Source: Eledone cirrhosa (lineage: Eukaryota). Taken from it: a stretch of 64,000 bases of DNA. Made by a program: the position numbers and the translations under genes. Shown in pieces: positions 51,809 to 64,000 of this stretch; the stretch's first letter is position 1, and each line of letters starts with the position of its first letter. Location: the NCBI GenBank assembly GCA_964016885.1, contig OZ024741.1, forward strand, positions 129,084,001 to 129,148,000, read 5' to 3'. Below the pieces are notes generated by a model, which worked only from the letters and a program-made list of their open reading frames with translations, was not told the origin of the DNA and ran no database searches.

Positions 51809-52230
51809 GTGTGTGTGTGCGCGCGCGCGCGCAAAGAGATCAACAGGGACAGTATTTGTCTTGGAAGGAGTTTGTTGTTGAGCGGAAGATCAAATAGAAG
51901 GAATTGTGGTTATGGGAGCCAGACACAACAACCAGTTTTTACTGGTTAGCTCTATCTATGACATGCTTCCTGGTTCCACAAACCTAAAACATTGGCAAGT
52001 AGAAGAGAGTGGCCTGGTCTGTGCAAATGCAGGAAGGCTGGAACAATGAGACCCATTCTGTTCATATGCCATAAATTACATGTTTTCTGGCTCCAACTTC
52101 GTCATTTCAGCCACAAAGTGAGGCACTGTCATCCACACCACAGAGGTGTGGAAGATAACTTTATCACTTTTTATTACATACCAACATATGTATATACATA
52201 GATATATACATACATATATGTGTGTGTGTG

Positions 52231-52503
52231 TATATAAAAGGAAAATGATTTTAAAAAAATGGGTTTGAAAAGCGCACCTGGTACATATATGGAAAAGGTC
52301 TTCATAACATGTACATAAATTGATGTTAAAAATTGACGTTAGCAAAGCCTGCTTTCTCCATTTTGGATCATCAAACCAGAGAAAGCAGGCTGTGCTAACA
52401 TCAATTTTTAACATCAATTTTTGTACATATTATAAAGATACTTTTTATATATACCAGGTGCACTTTTCAAACCCTTTAAAAAAAAATCATTTTACCTTAT
52501 ATA
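52231..52503. mobile_element. Fold-back palindromic element (arms of about 135 bp, 6-nt loop)
   Basis: Arms centred on the GATCAT loop at 52366-52371; TA-rich ends. Confidence 0.8.
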
Positions 52504-52546
52504 ACGTCATCTGTATAGAATGTTTTCTATCATCCACACTATTTTC

Positions 52547-52945
52547 ACATCATCATCATCATCATCATCATCATTTTACGTCCGCTTTTCCCTGATTGCA
52601 AGGGTGGGACGGGAACTGATTCTGGCTTGATTTCTACAGCTGAATGGCCTTCCTAACACCAACCTCATTTACAGTGAGTGCTGGGTGCTTTTTTGCCGTG
52701 GCTCCTACACGTCCACTTTACAGTGGGCTGGGTGCTTTTTTTTTGCTGTGGCACCTCCACGAGCACTTTGCAGTGGAATGATAGGGATCCCAGTCCAATC
52801 ACTTCATTTCTATAGCTGAGTAAACTGGAGCAATGTGAAATAAAGTGTCTTGTTCAAGGAAAGAACACATCACCCGGTCTGAGAATTGAACTCACAACCT
52901 TCCGATTGCAAGCCCAATGCTCTAACCACTCAGCCATGCGCCTTC
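52547..52945 (-). mobile_element. SINE family B with one extra tail sub-repeat
   Basis: Same head and CORE; two copies of the GGGTGCTTTTT...GTGGC.CCT.CACG unit. Confidence 0.85.
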
Positions 52946-52950
52946 ATATG

Positions 52951-53000
<50 letters not shown>

Positions 53001-53278
53001 CACACATACACACACACACACACACATTCGTGCGTATGTTCATATGTATGTGTATATGTATGTATGTATGTATGTACATGGTATGTCATAAAAAAACAAA
53101 AACACTGGACAGTCACAGCTTGAATGCTTTTCATAAGTGTGTATACATGTGTGTATGTGTCTGTGTAGATGTATATTGATACATATATATATATATATAT
53201 ATGTAAATGAATATGTGTGTACATGTACGTGTGTGTTTTACATCAGTCTATGAATACGTATGTATATTTGTGTATATG

Positions 53279-53331
<53 letters not shown>

Positions 53332-53944
53332 ATATATATATGTGTGTGTATGTATTTATGTCTTACATCTGTCTATTGACAGCAAATATATCTGCATAAT
53401 TAACAAGTTTTATTTTAATAACAGGTAAATACGTAGCACTAAATAGGCTAAAAACTGAACGCCTGATAGGATTTATCAATACCTGTTGTTATTTTGCAGT
53501 CGCAATTGTAGTCATCTCTTACAAATGTAACAAAAACTACAAAAATATGTTGAGAGACTGTCAGTTTATCAGTCTGTCTGTCTGTATATATCTATCTGTT
53601 TAGATCTATATCAGCTTATTACCCATCCATCTATTAATAATTTTTCTATTTACCTAACTACCCCCCCACCTCTCTCTCTCTCTCCCTCTCTCTCTCTCTC
53701 CCTCTCTCTCTCTCTCCCTCCCTCTCTCTCTCACTCTCTCTCCCCCCCCTCTCTCTCTCTCTCTCTATGAGAGAGAGATAAGTAATGGTTTGGTAAAGAT
53801 ATCCAAGGTGTAGAGTTTTTAATGTACATTATTAAACTTAATACTCCAACACAGATATAACATGGAACAATGCATGTCCCTGCATTTCTCCATCTTATCT
53901 TTTCGTTATATAGTATTGATTTTAATAATATATAATAATAATAA

Positions 53945-54122
53945 TAGTTTCTACTTTTGGCACAAGGGCAGCAATTACCCCAGTGCATTACTGGTACTTT
54001 ATTTTATTGATCCCGTAAGGATGAAAGGCAAAGTTAGCCTGGCGGGATTTGAACTCAGAACATAAAGGGCCAAAACTCCTATGCTGCAAAGCATGGTGTC
54101 TGACGCTCTACCGATACCACCG
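53945..54122 (-). mobile_element. SINE family A
   Basis: Reverse-complement copy in an (AAT)n context. Confidence 0.88.
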
Positions 54123-54219
54123 AATAATAATATAGTGGGTGAACATGTAGGATGGGTTGGTGATGATAACATGTGATGGACATAAAATTAAAGATAAAAA
54201 TAGTACCACTTTATTGCAT

Positions 54220-54500
54220 GAAGGTGCATGGCCTAATTGTTAGAATGCTTGATTGTCTGTTCGATTCCTGGTCTGGGACAGGCTGCTGCATTGTGTTCTT
54301 GAACAAAACACTTTACTTTACATTGCTCCAGTACACTCAGCTGAGACTGAGTACCAGCAGTAGTTGCGGAGTTAAACCTGCAATAGACTGGCATCCTATC
54401 TTGAAAGAATTTTGTACTCTCAGTTGCTTCACACCAAGGAAACTGGAGATTACCACTGGCCTGATGAGCTTTTGGCTTAGAACAAACCTTAGCTTTAACT
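54220..54500 (+). mobile_element. Older CORE-SINE with a different tail
   Basis: Degenerate tRNA head, TCTTGAACAAAACACTTTAC core, tail CCTGCAATAGACTGGCATCC...GAAACTGG. A second copy lies at about 58305-58575. Confidence 0.65.
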
Positions 54501-54890
54501 TAGTGTTTGGTATTTAAATGAACATAGTGGGTGAGCAGGCAGGATGTGTTGGTGGTGATAACATGTGGTGAACACAAAATTGAAGATAAAACGAAGGAAG
54601 ATCTTTAAAATCTTTGACCTTTGAATATAATTACTTTGAAGTTTTTGATCTGCTTAATTGCTGCTGTGACCTTCAAAATAAATAAATAAATAAAACGTAA
54701 TCTGGATATTAAGATTGACATGTTAATTGTAAAATAATACACTTCATTTATTGACTCCTCTTCAACCTCTTCTTCACCCTCCAAATCATCATCCTCTGCC
54801 TCTGCCTCACTGGCTCCTCCTGCCTCCTCCTTCTCTGCTTTCACTATTTGTATTATCACCATCATGACCATGATTAATGATTAGTAGATA

Positions 54891-55250
54891 TTGGCAGGGT
54901 CGGACGCCATGCTTTGACACAGAGTTACGGCCCTTGGCATTCTGAGTTCAAATCCCGCCGAGGTTAACTTTGCCTTTCATCCTTATGGGGTCGATAAAAT
55001 AAAGTACCAGTAATGTACTGGGTAATTACTGGCCTTGTGCCAAAAGTAGAAACAATTATTACACATTGTGACAGTATCGGTAGAGGGTCGGACGCTATGC
55101 TTTGCAGCAAAGAGTTACGGCCCTTTATGGTCTGAGTTCAAATCCCGCCAAGGTTAACTTTGCCTTTCATCTTTACGGGGGGTCGATAAAATAAAGTACC
55201 AGTAATGCACTGGGTAATTGCTGGCCTTGTGCCAAAAGTAGAAACAATTA
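54891..55250 (+). mobile_element. Two head-to-tail SINE family A copies
   Basis: Copies at about 54891-55057 and 55073-55250. ACACATTGTGAC flanks the second (55061-55072, 55253-55264). Confidence 0.88.
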
Positions 55251-55429
55251 TAACACATTGTGACCATGGTGATGGTGGTGGTGGTGGTAGGTAAAAGATT
55301 ATTCATTTTGCTACCTTTCCTTCTGAAGCCAGATCAGATAAACTGTTAAAACCTTTTCAAAATAATAATAATAATAATAATTTCTTTATTGGCCATTGGG
55401 CCTACATATAGGGAACAATACAAAAGGTC

Positions 55430-55760
55430 ATCATAGCATTCCTTTGTCATCTCCTCTGTAAGTTCAGTGATTTGAAGTCATCCCTCACTGCCTCTCCCCA
55501 GGTATCCTTGGTCAACTATTACTGCAGCTTATTTCTCTTGGCATATCCTGGCACTTCTCCCAGTGATCATCATCCATTATACACCACATATCCAAGCCAC
55601 ACAAACACAATCTTCTCTCTTGTACACTACATTTGATTCCTCTTATATCTATTTTTTCTCTCAGTTCATTTATGCCTTGTTGTTCATGCACACTAACATT
55701 ACACAATTCTCTCCAACCTCTGATATCCTTTGATTTAGTGCTCATGTCTCTCTACTATGC
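55430..55760 (-). pseudogene. Decayed RTE 3' fragment
   Basis: INELREKIDIRGIKCSVQERRL on the minus strand. Confidence 0.75.
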
Positions 55761-56297
55761 AGTATCACACTTCTCTCACAAGCACCATACAATTACAGGT
55801 ATGATCTATCTGACAAACTGCACAATTATCTACTTAATTCCACCCCCAAGGATTTGGTTGGCCCGATGCTATACTAGACACTTCTCCAAAATATCAGGCA
55901 GCTAGACTGCAACCAGGACCACACAATTGCTACTGGGACTGATTGAATGCACACCTATGATTAAAGATTTTTCCAGCTGTGACTATTCTGTCATTTTTGT
56001 TTCAAACATAATGTATCATGGACTACATTATCTAATGTATACTTCATTTTTAAAGCTAAGATTTTAAGGTGGTTGTAGTAGGGTGTGATGATGATGGCGC
56101 TCCTAAGGATGATGGTGATGGTGGTGATCATAATTATGATGGTGGTAGTGTTGGTGATGATGATGATGACAATACTGAATAGTTGATGGCGATAGAGGTG
56201 GTGGTGATGGGGAGCTTACTAGTGGTGACTATTGATATCGAACTATCATTAGAGTATATAAACAACGAAAGCATGAACTCCAAGCCAGTTTCTTATA

Positions 56298-56337
56298 GTC
56301 TTCTGATGAAGGGTTTTTAGACCCGAAATATTAGGAC
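56298..56337 (+). ncRNA. Minimal type I hammerhead ribozyme motif (Penelope type)
   Basis: Stem I GUCUU/AGGAC, CUGAUGA plus an extra A, stem II GGGU-uuuuag-ACCC, GAA, palindromic AUAU helix III, cleavage triplet AUU. Confidence 0.7.
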
Positions 56338-57083
56338 AGGTGAATAACAGGTGACACTAACATCTTCGTTGCTTTCAATTTATTACCATTCATTTTGCAT
56401 TGTTGTAGCCTTCAAATAACATAGTTATAAACAGCTCTTTGTTTTATTGGCCCACATAGATGTTCCATTTCTCTCTGTTTTTGAAAACTTGTAGAACAAG
56501 CAAGTAGTTAGTTTGTTTGTTGTTTGATTATAGTACATTAGTTGTATAATTTACCCCATATGTATGTTACTATATACACATATCCCACCTTTGTCTCCTC
56601 CTACTCACCACCACCAACATCCTTCATCTCCACGCTGGATGTCCAACCCATGCCAGCATAGAAAGACAGATGAACCACTTTACCCTTCCTCCATCTCCTT
56701 CCTAGTCCAACTCCTACCAGCATACAAAGACAAATGCCTCCAACTCATGCCAACATGGAAAGCTGGGTACATCTCACCATGATAGAAAAAAAAAGGCACC
56801 CAGTCCACATTGTAAGGCAGTAGTGCTGGTGCCATGGCAAAAAGCACTCAACTCACCTTAGTGCTGGTATCAAAAGTTACTCCCTGCACATCCTGTATGG
56901 TATTGTGACTCGTACCATGAAAAATGTTACCACTACATGCTGTAGTTTCAGATTGTGACAGCATGTATAACCCAGGCAAACATGGAAAATAGACATTAAA
57001 TGGTTGATGAAGAGATATATATATATATATATATAACAGTTTTGCTTCTTGTTTGGATGTGAAATCATTAGAATAATAAATAT

Positions 57084-57205
<122 letters not shown>

Positions 57206-57238
57206 GTATATATAATTCTAGAATGCGTGATAGTTTAA

Positions 57239-57475
57239 CTCTTTAGCTTTTTAAACCGGCCATATCCGGCCAGAATTCTCTCACGACTTTCTGTTCAAAC
57301 TGACAATAACTGGCCACTCATACTGATGTTAATGTATTGTTCTCAAAATAAATAATCTCAAAATAAATATTATGAAAATCTTATAGATTTGTTATTATGT
57401 AAGATAATTATGTGAGGTAAAACCTTTACAGCGAAAATACAATTGTAAATATAGAGTAATGTAAATGTTAAAGGG
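57239..57475. mobile_element. piggyBac-type MITE, family D (opposite orientation)
   Basis: TTAA on the left and TCAA on the right; degenerate TIRs; body matches the reverse complement of 280-500. Confidence 0.8.
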
Positions 57476-57691
57476 TCAAACTGTCTTGATGGCAAAATGG
57501 TTTAAGCTTGATTATTGGGCATTCTTCCTATAATATTATTTACACCCTGCTAGTATCTTTATTTGTGCGGGTATAAATTCAGGAATTCTGAAGGCATTCA
57601 AGATATCATTTTTCTTCTTCTTACACTTTGCATTTCAACAGATGAAATGCAATGAATATGGTAAATTGAAGAATTTCATTAAACTGCATTA

Positions 57692-58033
57692 GAGGCACAT
57701 GGCTTAGTGGTTAGAGCATTGGCCTTGCAATCGAAAGGTTGTGAGTTCAATTCTCAGACCGGGTGATGTGTTGTTTCCTTGAGCAAGACACTTTATTTCA
57801 CATTGCTCCAGTTTACTCAGATGTAGAAATGAGATGATAGGACTGGAGTCCCTATCATTCCACTGCAAAGTCGTCGTGGAGGTGCCACGGCAAAAAAGCA
57901 CCCAGCACTCACTGTAAATGAGGTTGGTGTTAGGAAGGGCATCCAGCTGTAGAAATCAAGCCAGAATCAGTTCCCATCCCACCCTTGCAAGCAGGGAAAA
58001 GCGGACGTAAAATGATGACAATGATGATGATGA
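57692..58033 (+). mobile_element. tRNA/CORE-SINE family B with RTE-derived 3' tail
   Basis: A box TGGCTTAGTGG, B box GAGTTCAATTC, CORE-like TCCTTGAGCAAGACACTTTATTTCAC...TGTAGAAATGAG, tail GGTGTTAGGAAGGGCATCCAGC...(GAT)n shared with the RTE 3'UTR. TSD TGCATTA (57685-57691, 58034-58040). Confidence 0.88.
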
Positions 58034-59110
58034 TGCATTATAGTATATACGTGTAAATACATTTGAGCATAAAGCTGAATAATTCATTTTAACACAATTT
58101 TATATCTGGATTATTTAGTTTTATGTTCGGATCTTACTATATGGATTTAGACCTATATTCTATAATCACATCTCATTAGTTGAAACATGTGTAAGATTAA
58201 TAAAAATGTCTTAGATTCCTTCATAATTCCTAGATTTATTATTTAGGTGCTCTGTGTACTAACACTCATAAATAACGGGATTGGCTTGTGTGTGCGTGTG
58301 TGCGTAGCATAGTGGTAGATCATAATGCTGTGGGTTCGATTCCTGGGTTTGATTGTGTGTTGGGTTCTTGAGCAAAACACTTCATTTAATGTTGTTCCAG
58401 TATACTCAATTGAAAATGAGTACTAGCAATAGCTGGGGAGTGGGGAGGAGGTTAATCCTGCAATGGGCTGGCGTCCTGTCCAGGGGAGAATCTTGTATTT
58501 TCAATCACTTCACGCCACAGAAACTGGGATAAGTACTGGCCTGAGCCTTCGGCTTGAGACAGACATTAACTTTAACCATATATAAGTTAATATTGTATTG
58601 TAACGTTTGCCCAATAGTGATTTCAGTACACTCCTTAAATATTTCATCTTTGTAGGTTTGTTTTCATGTTTTGTATTTGTGTTGTCTTTGTGGAAAATAA
58701 ATAATTCTTATCATTTTATGAAGATGAAGAGAGCAAAACATTGCCATTATCATTAGACATTCCATTACAAAATTAAACAACTTTTACTCCACTTAATAAT
58801 TACCATTGTGTGGGCAGGGGAACATCGGGACAATGGGAAATCTACACTGCAAAGATGAAATATTTAAAGAGTGTACTGAAATCACTATTGTGCAAACGTC
58901 ACAATACAAAATATATTAACTATTTTATATATATATATCATCATTTCATCATCATCGTTTTTACATCTGCTTCTCCATGCTTGGAAATATATACACAAAC
59001 ACACACACACACACATAGATCCACCCACACATTCACTAAGAAAACATTAAAAAGACTATATGAATAAATAAATATGTCTGTTTGTTTATCTATGTGTGTG
59101 TGTGTGTATG

Positions 59111-59151
<41 letters not shown>

Positions 59152-60324
59152 AAATATATATATATGTAGGGGTGTGTAAATATGTATGCATACATGAGTG
59201 TAGGTGTGTGTAAATATGTATGCATACATGAGTGTAGGTGTGATGGGTCTATATTTCTCTGTAATACTTCCAGCCTCATTATATTTCCTTTATTTTCACC
59301 AAATGGCCAGCGATGTCCCAACCCACTTCCACTCTGCCTATTTGGCATCAAGAACAACTATGAGTAATTCCTTTGTACACCATACAAACCAAAATGATAA
59401 ATGTTTAAATGACATACACAGACATAACAATATAGAATTACAAAAACCAGTGCAGTCAGAAGTATTTGAATGGAATAAATAAGTATTTGACCAGTGTTTT
59501 ACAAGTGGAATAATGTATGTATCTGTGTGTCTGTGTATGTGTGACTTTCCATTCTTACCTATTGGTCAAAAGAAAAAATCCAATAAAAATGTTTGAAAGA
59601 ATTGATACAGCTTTTGTCCTATCAATGCCTGTTATATGTATGTATAATCATGTCTGTGTTATATATATATATACATACATACAGACACACATATACACAT
59701 ATAAACCCATGGGAAAATGGATGTAAAAATGATGAGATATATCTATCAGAATAGAACCAGTTTCAAACTAATTAGACCATTACTAAACAGAGTACTCAAT
59801 ACTTGGGGTAGTAGAGTATGGCTATATTATAAAGGGTTGGGACCTGGTAGCTGAGCTGTTGCTGTTTCAACAGCTAGTTCAAGACCAGTTTTTGGAACTA
59901 GCTGTTGAAATGACAAGAGTTCAACTGTTGGGTCCCGACTCTATATAATATATATATGCACTTTTGTTTGTTCCTTGTTACTTTTGTATTCATCACAAAA
60001 TAACTTGATCAGTTTGAATAGAATGACTCTATGCATATATACAGGCATTAGGAAGAGCATACAGCCGTAAAAATCTTGCCAGACCAGAATGGAATGTATG
60101 AGCAAGTCTTTCATTTGACTAGTCTAAACTCAGAACATGGCAAGCTATCTAACTCGTGCAAATGTGGAAAATACATATAAAATAGTGATGATGAGAATAG
60201 TTATGATATATAAGGAATCAAATTAGTTCAGGAAGATATTATATCAAATGCCTGTTGTTGTAGCACCATTGTCAACTGCCGCAAGTTTCAAGGAGACTCA
60301 CTAAGGAGATTCACTTACATAAAT

Positions 60325-62370
60325 ATCAAACTGATAGATTTGATTATGAAGTTTACAGAAAGACTACTAACAAAATTTATTAGAGACAGAATTAGTCTTG
60401 GTGAGATGCAGTTTGGTTATTTGCCAGAGAAAATCATTACCAGAGTTGTCTTTCTAGCAAGACAACTCTAAGATTCTTCTTCTTCTTTGCCCACTTATTC
60501 CTGGGAGGTTTATAGAAGTAGAGTCCTCAAACACTCCTTCCAGCAGGTCCTGTCAAAAGCAACCGTCTCCAATTGATTTGGCTGGATCCCCAAGCAAGAC
60601 TAGCTGAGCACATAGATATTTTCCAACCATCTTGCTCAGAGTCTACACTGGGTCTCCTACTGGTTGGTTTTGCCTGTAAAATCTGCTAAGATTAAACCCC
60701 AATAATTACTATTCATCGACCAGTAAAAAGCCTTTGACATTCTATTATGTAGAGGGTATTTAAGAAGTGAAAGCTGTAAAAGTCATCTACAGAGGTTCAG
60801 TCAGAAAAGACTGTTCTATTAAGGGGGTTGCTCATGCTTAATATGCTGAAAATGAATAGGTGGGAAACTCCTGAGCATGCACAGTGGGTACACAAGAGAT
60901 GTGGTGGGATCATTGAAAGGCCATGTTGGAAGCCTCATGAGACTAGTTTCACCACTTGTTCCCATGTTTTCCAACAACTACAAGAGGTTAGCCATGGTAG
61001 TGGTAGGTAGCATGACTAGCTTCTCCATTTTCCTTATCATCTGCATCCCCTCATACTAATCTGAAATAGTGAAACTAGTTGTCAAGTTAAGCCCATCCTG
61101 AGCGAAGTGACTGCCAATAAGACTGTCTGAGTCAGAAGTCGTTTACTGTAGACAAAAGGTGAATTAAATAGCATAACCATAAATGGGGTGGGTGAGGTCA
61201 CAGTCATGTGACTATTTTGGTGGACATGCAGGATGTAGTGAGAATGGATGTGAGGGGAGGGTGGCACTCTTGTGGGTATGTGATAAATATGACATATAGA
61301 TGGTGGGGATTATATGTTCAGTCCTGAGCAAAATATGTGTCTAGAAAATGTTTTGAATTCAGCACATCACGTAACCCATTGGTTTTCATTTCTTCCTCCA
61401 TCACCTTTACTCTATATTCATACTAAATTCCTTGTCAAAGCCATCTCTATACAAGGTTTATGCTGTTCTAACAAGCCCTTCACCACTTAAATCTCTTAGC
61501 AATTGTCAGATTATATAGTGTGATACACTGTCAAAGGCCCTAGGTTTTAAACATAGATTTTACATGTGGCCGGTGCACAGGGGCAGTAAGTAACAAGAGC
61601 TCTCAGGATACAAACTCCTTCAAATGCCCAGAGGAGTCTGCTGTAGTAAATAGTTTTTGTTACCTGGGTGACCAAATTAGTAGTGGAGGAGAGTGCTCTG
61701 AAAGCACAGTAGCCAGAGTGAGAATGGTTTGGAGAAAGTTCAGGGAGTTACAATTATACCTCTCTAAGGCGATGACACAGGATCATGATCTCTGGCACTA
61801 TGCTGTAATACAGAAGACCCCCTCCTTCCATATGCAAGAGCTGAGGCATACATCTAGTATGCATCACCTTTCCTCCCATCACCCCTCTTAAACACCGCCC
61901 TCACTGTAATTACCTCTATATCTACCTCCCCATTTCCCCATGCATCTCCTCCATCCAATTCCCAAATCCTCACCATAAAGTGAAAGCCATCACAAAAAGT
62001 GCCCAGTCCATTCTAAAGTGGTTGTGTAGGTATCATGACAAAAAACGCCCAGTCCACACTGTAAAGTGGTTGTGTAGGTTCATGACAAGAATCACCCAGC
62101 CCACACTGTAAAGTAGTCTTCTTGGTGACACAACAAAAATTGTTTAGCCAACACTGTAAAGTGGTCGTGTAGGTGTCATGATAAAAAGCACCCAGTGCAC
62201 ACTGTAAATGTGGTTGATATTAGGAAGGGCATCCAGCCGTAGAAACCAAGTTAATATCAGTTCTGTGTGAGCAAAACATGACCCTCCAACCTGGATCTCT
62301 CACAATAGGACAGCATGTCCTACTCATGCTAGCGTGGAAAATGGACTTTAAACAATAATGATGATAATGT
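60325..62370 (+). pseudogene. Fragmented older copy of the same RTE family, with nested insertions
   Basis: IKLID..MK..ER...EMQFGYLP...FLARQL (about 60325-60468), FID.*KAFD (about 60712-60740), WVHKRCGGI (about 60884-60912), NIDFTCGRC...FCYLGDQISSGG (about 61550-61750), then the 3'UTR ending near 62370. Confidence 0.8.
60476..60685 (-). mobile_element. 3' end of a different LINE, with (GAA)n tail, nested in the RTE remnant
   Basis: TSD CTAAGATT at 60468-60475 and 60686-60693; (TTC)n at the left end. Confidence 0.6.
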
Positions 62371-62884
62371 ATATATACAGTTCAAGAATAACCAAGACAA
62401 ACACAAAGATGCAGAAACAGAAAGTCTTATTGGGTTCATGCTTGAGAATAACAATAAATGTGTGTGCGTATGTTTGTGTGTGTATATATATATATGTATG
62501 TGTGTGTTCAGCATATGGCTGCATGGTTGTGAGTTTGATTTTATGTGACATGTTGTGTCCTTGAGTGAATCACTCTATTTTATGTTGCTCCAATTCAAAG
62601 GACGAGCCTTGTCACTGTCATGCTGAATCTCCATAAGAACTATGTTAAAGGTACACATGTCTGTGGAATGCTCAGCCACTTGCATGTTAATTTCACAAGT
62701 AGGTTGTGCTTTTTGCTCAAACAACTGGAACACTCGTAGTCAGAATGGTTTAACTCCAGTTATAAAGATTCAGTTGGAAATGACTGTTGCTATTTATAGT
62801 TTCAAAAATATTACAATATTATTTTCAAAACATTTGAAAGATTTATATAGAATTATCAATATTTCTGAAAATAACACCTGTTAA

Positions 62885-63259
62885 CTTCTCTCCTCCCCCT
62901 CTTCCTTTTACCACCACCACCTATTCCTCCTCTTCACCCCTGCCACCACCACCTATTCCCCCTCTTTCACCCCTGCCACCACCTACTATTCTTCCTCTTT
63001 CACCCCTGCCACCACCACCACCTATTCCCCCTCTTTCACCCCTGCCACCACCACCACCACCTCCACTTCTTGCAACCCCCCTGCCACCACCAGCACAACC
63101 TCCTCCATATACTCATACTTCTCATCCTCCTCCAGCCCTGTTACCACCACCACCACCACCACATTGCAAGTGTGTGGTGGCAACTACTCTAGATGGGTTC
63201 TTTACCTACAGCTTTGCATTGAATTTTGGTGACATGCACACGTACACTTCCATTCTTGT

Positions 63260-63293
<34 letters not shown>

Positions 63294-63450
63294 CCATTCT
63301 TGTACACACACACGTACTTACACTACCATTCTTGTACATACACACGTACTTACACTACCATTCTTGTACACACACACACACATGTACTTACACTACCATT
63401 CTTGTACACACACACACACATGTACTTACACTACCATTCTTGTACACACA
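62885..63450. repeat. C-rich repeat of about 33 bp, then a CA-derived repeat
   Basis: CCACCACCTATTCCCCCTCTTTCACCCCTG units, then CACTACCATTCTTGTACACACA units. Confidence 0.8.
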
Positions 63451-63735
63451 CAGGTATATGCAGACACACACACACATACTTCCTCCCTCTTGCTCTCACA
63501 TACATTCACACTTATTTTCACACGCACAATTAGACAAACACTCAATCAAACACATACACACAATTAGTCAAACACTCAATGAAACACACACACATCTTTC
63601 TTTGAACACACACACATACATACCATTCTTTGAACACACTAGTCAAACACAGATGCTACATTAATGACCTCCACCCTCATCTCACACACTTTATTTATAT
63701 ATAGAGGTGTATGTATGTATGTGTGTATATCTGTG

Positions 63736-63770
<35 letters not shown>

Positions 63771-64000
63771 ATGGTAGTAGGAGGTAAGTTGTAAATGTTT
63801 TAGTTATTCTGTGACCAGCTGGTACTTTTCACATTCTCTATATTACATCATCACTTCTGTATTGTTCCTCTTTCCATTAAGGACCTCACCTTTCCCTACC
63901 ACCCTCTCCCTACTTTACCCATCATCCCTAACAAGCACCCTACCTTCCAAGCCCCTCCCCTGGTAGAATGCCTGGAAGTATTTACTGTTTGTACTTGTAT

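Noticed and set aside
59826-59950. Excess G-U pairs in the hairpin, suggesting ADAR-edited retrocopy or RNA selection
   Set aside because: Comparison with the 22141-22250 copy shows that most changes fit CpG to TpG/CpA decay.

Overview
AT-rich, microsatellite-dense eukaryotic DNA. The repeat families suggest a cephalopod, probably Octopus (inference). Only one clear host coding exon is present: a 2.5-kb phase-0 exon at 4215-6716 (+) encoding an unidentified coiled-coil protein. It is followed by about 57 kb that is probably intronic. That stretch is mostly mobile DNA and tandem repeats: two tRNA-derived SINE families, a young 5'-truncated RTE LINE, older RTE, BovB-type, Tx1-like, CR1-like and Penelope remnants, piggyBac-type (TTAA) and Tc1/mariner-type MITEs, a non-autonomous Helitron and several minisatellites. 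Four signals stand out. (i) Several hammerhead ribozyme motifs sit in small, often palindromic, non-coding elements, and a decayed Penelope ORF lies in the same window; one motif has a large branched helix-II insertion and two form an inverted pair. (ii) A PHD finger is embedded inside the RTE reverse transcriptase. (iii) One CORE-SINE head is joined to several different 3' tails, one of them shared with the RTE LINE here. (iv) There are candidate antisense micro-exons and recursive splice sites. Most short ORFs in the supplied track are artefacts of simple repeats. Family names come from motif recognition by eye, not from database searches.
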